The notes under the pieces are model-generated. The model saw nothing but the letters and a program-made list of their open reading frames with translations. It was not told the origin of the DNA and searched no databases. From Octopus vulgaris (taxonomy: Eukaryota): a stretch of 64,000 nucleotides of DNA. The translations under genes and the position numbers were made by a program. Positions 1-13,371 of this stretch are shown here, piece after piece. The DNA lies in contig OX597832.1 in NCBI GenBank assembly GCA_951406725.2, positions 55,738,001 to 55,802,000 of the forward strand, written 5' to 3'. Each line of letters begins with the position of its first letter. Positions within the stretch are counted from its first letter, which is position 1.

Positions 1-482
1 TCTCACTCGTCCCCTTCTCTTTCATTCGTTCCCTTCTCTCTCACTCCTTCCCTTCTCTTTCACTCCTTCCCTTCTCTCTCACTCGTTCCCTTCTCTCTCA
101 CCCATTCCCTTCTCTCTCACTCGTTCCCTTCTCTCTCACTCGTTCTCTTCTCTCTCACTCGTTCCCTTCTCTCTCACTCGTTCCCTTCTCTCTCACTCGT
201 TCCCTTCTCTCTCACTCGTTCCCTTCTCTTTCACTCGTTCCCTTCTCTCTCACTCGTCCCCTTCTCTTTCATTCGTTCCCTTCTCTCTCACTCCTTCCCT
301 TCTCTTTCACTCCTTCCCTTCTCTTTCACTCCTTCCCTTCTATCTCACTCGTCCCCTTCTCTTTCATTCGTTCCCTTCTCTCTCACTCCTTCCCTTCTCT
401 CTCACTCCTTCCCTTCTCTCTCACTCCTTCCCTTCTCTTTCACTCCTTCCCTTCTCTCTCACTCCCTCCCTTCCCTCTCACT
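1..482. repeat. 19-bp pyrimidine-rich minisatellite (TCTCACTCGTTCCCTTCTC)n
   Basis: Unit visibly repeated about 25 times with minor variants. Confidence 0.95.
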
Positions 483-759
483 CTCCTCCCTACCTCTCGT
501 TTATAAATCTCATTTCTCCCACTCATCTCTCAACTCCTTCTTTCATCCACACTCTCCCCTCTCTTCCTTCCTTCCTTCCTTCCTTCCTTCCTTCCTTCCT
601 TCCTGCCTGCCTTCCTTCTTTCTTTCCTTCCATCCTTTCTCTCTAACCCCGGCTCATTCAGTAAACTCGCGCAATAATTTTCGCTTTCAAGAGAAACCAT
701 TAAGAAATGCTGCGAAAGCTTTCATTAAATGAAGAGAGAAAAAATTAAACAAAACAAAA

Positions 760-1325
760 CAAAACAAAACAAAAGGCAAAAACAAAATCAAAAAACAAAA
801 AAAAGCAAACACAAAAACAAAAAAAAGACAAAAGACAAAATCAAAACCACAAAACAAAAAAAAAAGCATACACAAAAACAAAAAAAAAAAGACAAAATCA
901 AAACCACAAAACAAAAAAAAAGCATACACAAAAACAAAAAAAAAAAGACAAAATCAAAACCACAAAAACAAAAAAAAGCATACACAAAAACAAAAAAAAA
1001 AAGACAAAATCAAAACCACAAAACAAAAAAAAAAGCATACACAAAAACAAAAAAAAAAAGACAAAATCAAAACCACAAAACAAAAAAAAAGCATACACAA
1101 AAACAAAAAAAAAAAGACAAAATCAAAACCACAAAACAAAAAAAAAGCATACACAAAAACAAAAAAAAACAAGACAAAATCAAAACCACAAAACAAAAAA
1201 AAAGCAAACACAAAAACAAAAAAAGACAAAAACAAAATCAAAAAACAAAAAAAAAGCATACACAAAAACAAAAAAAAAAAAACAAGACAAAGGCAAAACA
1301 CAAAAAAAAAACAACAACAAAATGC
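760..1325. repeat. A-rich ~56-bp tandem repeat (GACAAAATCAAAACCACAAAACAn GCATACACAAAAACAn)
   Basis: GACAAAATCA recurs at about 891, 947, 1003, 1060, 1116 and 1173. It explains the Lys-rich ORF 729..1397. Confidence 0.9.
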
Positions 1326-1717
1326 AAAAACGCGTTGCTAAAATTTCTTGAGGCGCGTCAAGCAATATCTGTTTATCTTGTAATATTTGAAACATAAACA
1401 GCCTCAGTGAAGATGTTAGACATTCAAACTTTTTTAAGTTTCGGGTCTCCTCGTCTGTATGTGTTGACATTAAAACTGCGAATATTCTGGAACACACCCA
1501 ACGACAGACGGCAAACGCCACAAAAGGGCGGCACGACCCGTTGTCTTTCTATATGCCTGTGTATGAACCTGTGTGCATGTGTGTATCTGTCTGTGTGTGT
1601 GTGTGTGTGAGTGCGTATATAATGAGGCATGTGTCTGTATGTTCTGTCTGCGTGTGTTCATAGGTCAACAGAAACCTATTCCTGTGGCTATGTATGGCTC
1701 TGATAGTTTTTTTTTTG

Positions 1718-1763
<46 letters not shown>

Positions 1764-1987
1764 CATCATTATTATTATATGTTTTATTTACGTTTCTGTA
1801 TGTATACATGTATAAACAAATACACCCTTGGATAGATACTCTTGTGTACGTGTGTATGTATGTATGTATGTATGTATGTATGTATGTATGTATGTATGTA
1901 TGTATGTACGTATGCATGTATGTATGTGTGTGTGTATACAGAGAGAGAGAGGGAGAGATAGATACTTTCATTTATGCATTTATACAC

Positions 1988-2045
<58 letters not shown>

Positions 2046-2108
2046 GTGTATTCTTTTCCCTCCGTCTTCCCTTCCTTGGATCTTTCCTTCTATGTTTCTG
2101 ACGAAATA

Positions 2109-2199
<91 letters not shown>

Positions 2200-2249
2200 G
2201 TGTATTCTTTTCCCTCCGTCTTCCCTTCCTTGGATCTTTCCTTCTCCTA

Positions 2250-2285
2250 TGTTTCTGACGAAGAGCTCCGCCCGAAACGTTAAAT
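2250..2285 (+). ncRNA. Minimal type-I hammerhead motif (Penelope-type) in a ~195-bp dispersed repeat (2192-2387)
   Basis: gttt-CTGACGA-a-GAGCtccGCCC-GAAA-CG-TT-aaat. A 5' partial copy at 2041-2105 stops at CTGACGA. Confidence 0.65.
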
Positions 2286-2386
2286 CCTCCTTCTTTCTTT
2301 CCTTTCTTGACCGTCCAATAACACTACTTCTTCCACGTCCTCGCGTTGTTGTGTTTTCCCTTTGTGTTTTCATGTTTGGATTAACC

Positions 2387-2433
<47 letters not shown>

Positions 2434-2447
2434 TATAAATATATATA

Positions 2448-2890
2448 CAGGTCGTCGTCGACTTTCGACCACAATTGATTCCAACAGACTTGTCGTAAAT
2501 CGGCCTATAGACCTACATAGCTTTGTTTTGTATTTCTACATTCTTAAGGTACATTCTCGGGTAAAGGTCACACTCAGCATTCTGTATTTATACTATTATA
2601 CTGGCGTTAGTCACAAATTTCGGAGTCTCACGCAGTCGTCTTATAAACAAATACGAAGCTGCCTCGATGTCTCCGCGACAGGATAGTCACCCATCACAGT
2701 GGCGATCGATAATGAAACCTAGGGGAAGCGTTTGTTAGCTGACACCACTCGTAGACGGGTTAATTTATAAGAAATTAAACCCATTAGATTTCAACTGGCC
2801 TATTTATTACTGCTGCCGGGAGCTGGCGCACCAATGGTCATAGACCGGATAGGTCGTAAGTTGGATAGGTTGTAAGTCGATGACGACCTG
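2448..2890. mobile_element. MITE with ~23-bp TIRs, Tc1/mariner-pogo-like
   Basis: CAGGTCGTCGTCGACTTTCGACC at the left end and GGTTGTAAGTCGATGACGACCTG at the right end. It sits in a (TA)n tract and has no ORF. Confidence 0.75.
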
Positions 2891-2962
2891 TTTATATATA
2901 TTTATACAAACATACATACATATTCATTGGATACCTATATATACATAAATATGCATATATAT

Positions 2963-3034
<72 letters not shown>

Positions 3035-3951
3035 GTATATAGACATATACTTTATACATATATACATATATAAACTTATATACATATATGTATACATGTA
3101 TTTGTATATATCTACATACATATATATGTATATGTGTATACATACACACACATATACATACATGCATACGCATTTATACATGTTTGTACTGCGTGTATGC
3201 ATGCATGCAACCTTTTACTTATTGTATTGATTAGACTGCGGCCATGCCGAAGCACCACCCTGGAGAAGATCTTTCAATTTTGTTCAGCTGTTTAATTGTT
3301 CACGTCTGCTCGTGGTTACATAAGCACCTAAAACAATAAGTGAAAGCAAGGTACTATAACGGTACTATAACACTGAGCCATAATTATTCATGAGTGACAG
3401 CTGACTATTAGAAAGATATTTTAGCCATATTACCAATGCACGAGTGATTTTGAACAACAAGAATAACAAATTTATTCTTTAACAAAATATCATATAGTGT
3501 TTTTTTTTTGTTGGGTGAGTTTGCTTATGTTAAACGCGGTTCAAGCTATTATTTAAAAAAACAAAAAAAAAAAATCAAAATCGATATCTATCGGCCAACG
3601 ATCGTTTGAAATATCTCCCGGGAGGGCTTTCGGTTCCTTTTGATATTCTTCAATTACCCAGACTAAATTATGTTCATGCGATGCGACCCGACCACCACGC
3701 TTATATATTTGAATTACTTAATAACCAATCATAAACGACTTGTCTCATGAGGATTAGAAAACAACAACAACAACAACAACAGTAGCAGCAGCAGTAGCAC
3801 CAGCGACAACAGCAGCAGCAGAAACAACAACAACAACAACAGCAACAACAATGACAATTATTAATAATAATGATACACGAAGCCAGTGACCCCGCTCTCA
3901 TCACTTTGTCTCCTCTCCCTCACTTTTTCACAAGCCACTGATATATATATA

Positions 3952-3995
<44 letters not shown>

Positions 3996-4395
3996 GTAAT
4001 AAATAAAATATATGCATACATACAAACATATATGTACGTACCGACATCTACATGTATATATACATGCATATATAAATATATATACGTACAGGACACCACA
4101 AGAAATATATATATATATATATATATATTTACATATATACACACACATACATGTACACACACACACATATACATATAGTAAGAGGAGGGATATAATATCC
4201 AGGTAGATATCGATTCTCTCTGAGTAAAAAAGCCAAGACTGGTTCCTTCTGATGGTGCATTTTTTGGTAATGCTAGAGTTTATTTCTTGGCTACCTAGAG
4301 TGTAAAGTGCAATATTGATAATAAAGACAATGAAGAATTTGAATTTGAACATTCAAACTTTATGTTTATTTCCAGTTAGTTTATTCATAATAATA

Positions 4396-4486
4396 GTCCG
4401 ACACGTGTTTCGATCGCACCAACTGCAATATTACTGCATATTCATGTGCAGCGATTTATGCATTATTAGTACGATCTCTTCAGGAC
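4396..4486 (-). ncRNA. Type-I hammerhead ribozyme with long helix II
   Basis: Minus strand reads gtc-CTGAAGA-GATCGTACTAA...TTGGTGCGATC-GAAA-CACGTG-TC-ggac. Helix II has an 11-bp base, helix III is the palindrome ACACGTGT, and the site is GUC. Confidence 0.8.
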
Positions 4487-4500
4487 ATATAAGTATACCC

Positions 4501-4926
4501 TCTTTTACTCTTTTACTCTTTTACTTGTTTCAGTCATTTGACTGCGGCCATGCTGGAGCACCGCCTTTAGTCGAGCAAATCGACCCCGGGACTTTTTCTT
4601 TGTAAGCCCAGTACTTATTCTATCGGACTCCTTTTGCTGAACCGCTAAGTTACGGGGACGTAAATACACCAGCATCGGTTGTCAAGCAATGCTAGAGGGA
4701 CAAACACAGACACACAAACATATACACACACATACACACATATATATATATATACCTATATACGACAGGCTTCTTTCAGTTTCCGTCTACCAAATCCACT
4801 CACAAGGCATTGGTCGGCCCGGGGCTACAGCAGAAGACATTTGCCCAAGATGCCACGCAGTGGGACTGAACCCGGAACCATGTGGTTAGTTAGCAAGCTA
4901 CTTACCACACAGCCACTCCTGCGCCT
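4501..4926 (-). mobile_element. tRNA-derived SINE, family A (full length)
   Basis: Head GGCGCAGGAGTGGCTGTGTGGTAAG...GGTTCAGTCCC (A/B-box-like), central (CA/TA)n tract, tail (AGTAAAAG)n. Many copies in the window. Confidence 0.9.
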
Positions 4927-5382
4927 ATGACATTGCTTGAAGAGGAATTTCCCTATGATATTAGTTTTAATTAGGCTTGGTAGTAGTAAACCATGGCATT
5001 CTTCTATGAGATGTTTTTCTCAACTGTTTGTTTGGGGAAAATTCAGCAGCAGTAAAGATAATGTTTGTTGAAGTTAATAAATGTTCTTGACTAGGTAGAG
5101 AGTGGTTACTTATAGAATAAATGGTTTTGATTGATGCTACATATTTTATAGTTGCAAGGCATTTTGATCGATTTCAGAGTTGATTATGTCATTTGTATTT
5201 GTGAAGGTTATTAATAGTATAACAGTACATTTATACTATATTGATAGTATAAATGTATAATATATATTTGTGTATGTGTGTCGGAAGTATAAGAATGTGA
5301 ATAACACGTGCGTTTAACTCCATTTATACATACATACATACACACATACATACATACATACATACAAACATATATATCTATG

Positions 5383-5418
<36 letters not shown>

Positions 5419-5421
5419 CAT

Positions 5422-5503
<82 letters not shown>

Positions 5504-5504
5504 T

Positions 5505-5570
<66 letters not shown>

Positions 5571-5574
<4 letters not shown>

Positions 5575-5765
5575 CTTGATCACCTTGACCGACCAGTCCG
5601 TCAGGCGTCCATTTGACACCGCTGGTCACAGCACGCTGTCCACTCCTCCCTGGATCGCGCCTTTCTCATCCACGTGATCCCAATCGTCCTTCTCCACGTG
5701 ATCCCAATCGTCGTGGAGGTCTTCCAGGTGGTCTTTTCCGCTCACGCGGGTACCACTCTTCAACG
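5571..5765 (-). mobile_element. 3' end of an RTE-like LINE
   Basis: Minus-strand translation includes [16 protein letters not shown] and [12 protein letters not shown], resembling the RTE C-terminal W.P..R..GRP motif. Short (TCAAGGTGA) tail repeats are present. Confidence 0.6.
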
Positions 5766-5814
5766 GTATGTATGTATGTATGTATGTATGTATGTATGTA
5801 TGTATGTATGTATG

Positions 5815-5882
<68 letters not shown>

Positions 5883-5905
5883 GCTATATATAAATATATA
5901 TACAG

Positions 5906-6287
5906 TCAGTCAGCAAATGTAGAATCTGCAAGAAAGCAGACGAGAGTATGAATCACATTTTGAGTGCGAGCAGTGTACTAGCGCAAAAGGAACACAAGCG
6001 CAGACTTGATTGTATAGGCAAAAGAGTACATTGGGGTGTTAGTCGAGTATGTGGCATCAAAACAATAGAAAAGTGGTGTGAACACGGAGCGGAGGCCGTG
6101 ATGGAAAATGAGAATTAGAAGCTCTTGTGGGACTTCACCATAAAGACTGACTGTACCGTTGAGACAAGAATACCAGACATGATCTTAGAGGACAAAATAA
6201 ACAAACAGTGCAAAATCATAGATTTTAAAATTGCTTATGACAGCAGAGTCAATACTAAAAAAGTGGGGGAAAAAATTGAGAAGTATA
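5906..6287 (+). mobile_element. R4/Dong-like non-LTR retrotransposon fragment (CCHC knuckle plus restriction-like endonuclease)
   Basis: Translation KCRICKKADESMNHILS...KEHKRRLD...VHW...ENEN*KLLWDFTIKTD...RIPDMILEDK...IIDF...EKIEKY, with an in-frame stop. Confidence 0.85.
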
Positions 6288-6329
6288 TGCACGAGTGTGT
6301 GTTTGTATGTGTGTGTAAGTGTGAGCGAG

Positions 6330-6398
<69 letters not shown>

Positions 6399-6521
6399 GA
6401 GTGTGTGTGTATGGGTTTGTGTGAGTATGCATGTGTGTTTAGTTGAATGATAACAGAATCAATTAAAATGAGAGAAACATTAAACATGGGAAACGTTAAC
6501 GCATTAAGCGTTGAATGAGTG

Positions 6522-6680
6522 ACGCCAAAACTGCGCCAAATAAGCCGCGGCAAATAAGCTGCACCAAATAAGCTGCGACAAATAAGCTGCGCCAAAGCAA
6601 CTGCCAAATAAGCTGCGGCAAATAAGCTGCGCCAAAACGACTGCCAAAATAAACTGCGCCAAAACGGCTGTGCCAAAACG
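6522..6680. repeat. 14-bp minisatellite (AAATAAGCTGCGCC)n
   Basis: About 11 degenerate units. Confidence 0.85.
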
Positions 6681-7064
6681 TATCATACTCTAGAACTACG
6701 GTTGAACAATTGGGAATGTATCCGTCTAACATCATTGGTAAATCTTATTGGCAGCACTCTACTATTAAAAGAAACAAATATGCGCATGTATGTATATATG
6801 TGTGCGAAAACAAACGTGTGTACAATATATACAATATATGTATACAATTTCCTCTTTAGAATTAGGAGTGGTCTGTGAACGACACATCAGAACAGAGACT
6901 ACAGTTATTTGACGCATATTCGAAACAATGCCATCTTGTTCATATTCGACACACTTTTTTTTTACCACAATCGTATACTGAGTACACGAAATTTGTTTTT
7001 ATTGAAGATAATTAACCAGTTTGTGTACATGTATGTGCTGAGGGTGTATAATGTAAACGAATGG

Positions 7065-7114
<50 letters not shown>

Positions 7115-7119
7115 TTATA

Positions 7120-7268
7120 CTCTTTACTCTTTTACTTGTTTCACTCATTTGACTGTGGCCATGCTGGAGCACCGCCTTTAGTCGATCAAATCGTCCCCAG
7201 GACTTATTCTTTGTAAGCCTAGTACTAATTCTATCGGTCCCTTTTGCCGAACCGGCAAGTTACGGGGA
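7120..7268 (-). mobile_element. SINE family A, 3' part
   Basis: Matches 4501-4660. Confidence 0.85.
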
Positions 7269-7297
7269 GGTATATATATATAACCAGTCGTTATATA

Positions 7298-7335
<38 letters not shown>

Positions 7336-7605
7336 TGTATGTCTGTATGTCTGTCCGTCTGTCTGTATGTATGAATGTCTGTATGTCTGTATGTCTGTCT
7401 GTATGTATGTATGTATGTATGTATGTATTGGTGTGTATATGCGTATAAGTGTATATGTATGCATGTTCGTACTTAGTGAAAATATAGTATCATACACACG
7501 TATATATAATTATAAATATATAAAGGATGCATACATGTATATATACATACATACATGCATACATACACGCATACATGTGTGTTTGCATGCAAATATATCA
7601 TGTGT

Positions 7606-7674
<69 letters not shown>

Positions 7675-8321
7675 TGTGTGTTTCTATTTTATGCACATAT
7701 TTATGAATACGTAAGTACACGCCCGAACACACGTTTGCACGTCACGCATCATAATAGTTTTCAAGACGACGACGGCTACCACCACCACCACCACCACCAC
7801 CACCACCACCACCACCACCACCACCACCAACCAGCCAGCCAGCCAGCCAGCCAGCCCAGCCAGCCATTGTAATTTGCTTCCTTCTTTTGTTGGCGGGTGT
7901 GCTGTTATAATTCACCATGAAAAATTTGTAAACAGCTAATTACTATTTAAAGAAAGTTATTGGAGCACAATTACAGAAGCAGCGTTGGGAAGTAGAACGA
8001 CTTCCAGCTGCTACCACAAAATGAAATGATATTTCTATAGCCGTAGTGTTGATAAGTGTACACGAAACAGCTTAAGAACTTCTCTCGCCGCCACACGTTG
8101 GTTATCCGCCCCCACTTGCCTACTTTTTATCCTTCCATCATATCTCTCTATCTCGATTCTCTCGGTTCGCAAATATACGCGTGTTAAGATATTCTAAACA
8201 AGCTTCCTATAGTAACTAATACAACTAGTAAACGCCACGTTCTGTGCAAGAGTAGAGCAGCCGTCGTGTTGTGTATACAAACACGGTTTCGAAGGTTTGT
8301 TTGCAGCAATTTCGTCTTATG

Positions 8322-9129
8322 TTCTTTTCTACTCTAGGTACAAGGCCAGAAATTTTTGGGGAGGGGCCCAGCCGATTAGATTAAACCCAGTACCCAACTG
8401 GTGCTTAATTTATCGACCCCGAAAGGATGAAAGGCCAAGCCGACCTCGGCGGAATTTGAACTCAGAATGTAAAGATAGACGAAATACTTATTTCTTTACT
8501 ACCCACAAGGGGCTAAACACGGAAGGGACAAACAAGGACAGACAAACGGATTAAGTCGATTAGATCGACCCCAGTGCGTAACTGGTACTTAATTTATCGA
8601 CCCCGAAAGGATGAAAGGCAAAGTCGACCTCGGCGGAATTTGAACTTAGAACGTAACAGCAGTCGAAATACCTATTTCTTTATTACCCACAAGAGGCTAA
8701 ACATAGAGGGGACAAACAAAGACAGACATAGGTATTAAGTCGATTACATCAACCCCAGTGTGTAACTGGTACTTAATTTATCGACCTCGAAAGGATGAAA
8801 GGCAAAGTCGACCTCGGCGGAATTTGAACTCAAAACGTTGCGACAGACGAAATACCGCTAAGCATTTCGCCCGGCGTGCTAACGTTTCTGCCAGCTCGCC
8901 GCCTTATTGAGTATTCTTTTTTTACTCTAGGCACAAGGCCCGAAACTTTTGGGGAGGGCGCCAGTCGATTAGATTAAACCCAGTACCCAACTGGTACTTA
9001 ATTTATCGACCCCGAAAGAATGAAAGGCAAAGCTGACCTCGAGGGAATTTGAACTCAGAATGTAAAGATAGACGAAATACCGCTAAGCATTTCGCCCGGC
9101 GTGCTAACGTTTCTGCCAGTTCACCGTCT
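8322..9129 (-). mobile_element. SINE family B cluster (multimeric copy 8322-8905 plus copy 8914-9129)
   Basis: Repeated GACCCCGAAAGGATGAAAGGCAAAGTCGACCTCGGCGGAATTTGAACTCAGAA. The minus-strand head is AAGGCGGCGAGCTGGCAGAAACGTTAGC...GAGTTCAAATTCC (B-box-like). Confidence 0.9.
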
Positions 9130-9189
9130 GTAAATAAACTTTCCTAAGCACAAGGCCCAAAATTTTGGGGGAGGGGGGGCCAATCGATT

Positions 9190-9440
9190 AGTGGCTTAGT
9201 AGTTGGGGTGCTAGACTCATGAGCATAAGATTGTGGTTTCGATTCGTGGACCAGGTGATGCGTTATGTCCTCGAGCAAAACACTTCATTTCACATTGCTC
9301 CAGTCCACTCAGCCGGCAAAAATGAGTAATCCTGTCACGACTGGTGTCCCATCCAGTGGGGGGGGGAATGTATATGCCACGGAAACCACGAATCCGGCCC
9401 TATGAGTGTATATGACTCGGAAAGGGTCTTTATCCTTACT
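9190..9440 (+). mobile_element. tRNA-derived SINE, family C
   Basis: TGGCTTAGTAG...GGTTTCGATTC head and a TCCTCGAGCAAAACACTTCATTTCAC central block shared with copies at 23475, 27665, 45285 and 57592. Confidence 0.75.
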
Positions 9441-9819
9441 CTAAGACATAAGTACTAGGCTCGATTTGTTCGACTAAACCCTTCAAGGCAGTGCCCCAGG
9501 AATGGCTGCTATCCAATGACTGAAACAAATAAAAATCGAATGAAATATATAACAATGCATTCCGCCGATTCTTGACAGTCCCTGCTCTTATAGAATGTCG
9601 TGAATTGTAGTAACAGAAGTAAAACGAACTGCTCCACTGCTTTCGGTCATTATCTGCTATGTCTCAGCTGTTCAAACTCCTCACGTTATGTCTAGTTATA
9701 CCCTTCTTCCTTGTATTTCAGTTGTCGTCTCCTGCAGAGATAAATGTTATCAGAATTTTTGTTTTAACAACCGAGTTTCCTCTATTTCGAATAGTCGACA
9801 TAGTTACCTTTATAATACT

Positions 9820-10365
9820 AGAATTTCAAATTCCACCCAGGGTGATTTTTGCCTTTTATCCATTCGGGATCGATAAATTAAGTACCAGTGAAACACTGGG
9901 ATCGATATATTCGATTATCCCCTTCTCCAAAATTGCAGGCCTTGTGTCTTTGATAGAAAGGATTATAAATTAGAGTTAAGGCGGTGAGCTGGCTGAGTCG
10001 TTAGCACGCAGGACGTAATTCTTAGCGGCATTTTATTCTGTCGTCGTGTTCTGAGTTCAAATTCCGCTGAAATCGTCTTTGTCTTTTACTCTTTCGCCTA
10101 GTTCCCTCCTCCAATATTTCAGGCCTTGTGCCTATAGTAGGGAGGATTATTAGAAAGAATTATGGCAGCGAGCTGGCGGAATCGCTAACATGCCGGACAG
10201 AACGCTTAACGGCATTTTCTTCCGGTTTTACATTTTGAGTCCAGATTCCGCTGAGGTCGACTTAGCCTTTCATTCTTTCGGTGTTGGGCACTGAGGTCTA
10301 TATATAATCGACCAGCTTCCTCCCTCAAAATTTCAGCCCTTATATCTCTAGTAGAAAAGATTATC
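9820..10365 (+). mobile_element. Three diverged SINE family B copies in tandem
   Basis: Heads GGCGGTGAGCTGGC (about 9980) and GGCAGCGAGCTGGC (about 10164), plus shared GGCCTTGTG...GATTAT tails. Confidence 0.75.
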
Positions 10366-10843
10366 AGCTATAATTAGAACCGTAATCAGTCCCTTTCCCC
10401 CCAGGAAAATTGTTAATTATTTACAGCAGAGAGAAATATAAACACATTTGTGAAAAACATATTGCTCGTTTGGTTTATGATAAAACATTCATTTGTTTCG
10501 CCGTTTTCTGAAACATATTTTTTCTGCCGAACTCATTGTTCGTATATACAGCAACGGTGGGCTTCAAACGTTTTCCTTCTCGTTTGTCTGATGAGCTACG
10601 AAACGGTCATTGCACTCAATATCGAAGAATTTTATTACATATGTTATTGTTTAATGTATGGTTTTATAGAAAGTGTTTCCCAGTTGGGTTCGGATGTGAA
10701 AGTATTCACATATTTAAACGGTTCTATTGTCAAAAAAAAATTTATGACTTGTCTCTTGTCTATAATATCGAGCACCTGGAAGAAGAATTCATATATGGAA
10801 TACTGGCAGCATTGGTAGAGTTATGAGACTTAGGAACAGAGTA

Positions 10844-10929
<86 letters not shown>

Positions 10930-10941
10930 ATACATATATAG

Positions 10942-10996
<55 letters not shown>

Positions 10997-11185
10997 CATA
11001 TATATATACATATATATGTGTATATATACACACATACGTATGTATGTATATATGTGTGTGCATATGTATATATGTATGTGTGATTGTGTGTGTGTAGGCT
11101 TATTTAAGACATATATGTATCCATACGTATTTATATATATATATATATACATATGTATATAATATATATCTATATATCTATCTAT

Positions 11186-11224
<39 letters not shown>

Positions 11225-11277
11225 CATACATACGCACATACACACATATATATATATGTGTGTGTGTATGTAAAGAA

Positions 11278-11338
<61 letters not shown>

Positions 11339-11731
11339 GAGAAAGAGAGAATGAGTGAAGAATGACAATGAGTGAAGAAAGAAAGACAGCTGAAAAAGCG
11401 ACGAAGTACAGTTCTGTATGATTGGTCGATGGATAGATTACCAGCTCCTATTATTTCGCATGTTCTTCGTTACTATGACATCTACAAGTGCTACGCGACT
11501 ATTGTCTTTATTACAGAACATTGTATTTATTTAATGTTTCAATTGGTTTATGTAGAGCTTTGTTTATTTATTTATTTATTAATTTGTTTATTTATTTCGT
11601 TATTTATTTCATTATTTTTCTTTTTGGTTCTTTGTTTAGTTTTGTATCTCTTTTTTTTTTTTATATCTTTTCTGTCTTCGTTTTCTTTGTTTCACTGCTT
11701 CAGCAAAACTGTTTGGTTTCACGCACGCACG

Positions 11732-11859
<128 letters not shown>

Positions 11860-11894
11860 CATACATATGTGTGTATGTGTTTGTATGTATGTAC

Positions 11895-11945
<51 letters not shown>

Positions 11946-12225
11946 CCCAAATCCACATGGATACATACACACACACACACACACAATATAATATATAGAC
12001 TCACACGCATACATACACACAAATATACATATGTGTGTGTCACAATCAACATTCGCACACCACATATATATATGCGTGCGCGCGTGTGTGTATGTATATA
12101 TGTACGTATATATACATCCATGCAAACACATTTGGACATATATACACATATACATACATGTATATATACACACACACATACGACACACACGACACACACA
12201 ACACACGCAATCAACACTCGAATAC

Positions 12226-12275
<50 letters not shown>

Positions 12276-12886
12276 TGCGTGTGTGTGTGTATGTATATAT
12301 GTACGTATATATACATCCATTTGGACATATATACACATATGCATACAAACACACACATATACATACATATATATACACACACATACAACACACACGTACA
12401 AACATACACATACTCACCCACACATATACATATATACACTCCTGCTGACACACACATATACGCTCAAAACACACACACACACGCACAAACCCAGATACAC
12501 ACGCTCACACGAATACAACTCAAGTCGGCCATCTTGAATAGATACTACATTCTCTCTGGCCTTGCAGACGTGACGAATGCTTTCTACACAGCGATGTTAT
12601 TCTCCTACCGATGAGTAATGGCGTCAGTTTATTGACAATAAGCTCGTCCACGCTCCAACACTTGCCACCAAAAAGAAAAAACTCTCTCCTTTCTCTTTCT
12701 CTTTCCATCCCTATCTTCCTTCTCCCCCCTCTCTCCCTCTCTCTCCCTCTCTTCCCCCTCTCTCTCTCATCTCATCACTCCTCTAATATGAAGCTTTTCA
12801 GTCTCACAGCATGTCTTTTTCCTGTATATGTCTCCTTTTATTTGCATATATAACATATACACACATACAATACATACCTATATATT

Positions 12887-12948
<62 letters not shown>

Positions 12949-13074
12949 CATACACACATGTATATATACATATACAGACATGTGTGTGTGTACATATGTG
13001 TATATGTGTGTATATATGTATATATATATATACATACACACACGCACATATATATATATATATGTAATGTGTCT

Positions 13075-13115
<41 letters not shown>

Positions 13116-13168
13116 TATATATGTATATATATGTGTGTGTGTGTGTGTGTGTATATGTATACATATGC

Positions 13169-13202
<34 letters not shown>

Positions 13203-13371
13203 ATATATATGTGTGTGTATGTGTACACATATATATATATATATATACATATACATATGTATGTATATATATATATATGTATGTATATGTATGTATGTGT
13301 GTATGTATACACACATACAGTCACATGTTGAATGGCTATACGTATGTTTATTTAGGACCGTATACAAAATA

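Noticed and set aside
729-1397. 222-aa Lys-rich ORF
   Set aside because: It is the translation of an A-rich 56-bp tandem repeat with variable A runs and no domain.
3590-3655. Minus-strand TTGAAGA-ATATC...GATAT-tt-CAAA-CGATCG-TT hammerhead-like relic
   Set aside because: Two core positions are altered and there is no helix I. It may be decayed but cannot be supported.
8322-9129. Regularly spaced repeats resembling a CRISPR array (also 28648-29730 and 60761-61358)
   Set aside because: The intervening sequences are themselves repeated rather than unique spacers, the context is eukaryotic, and there are no cas genes.
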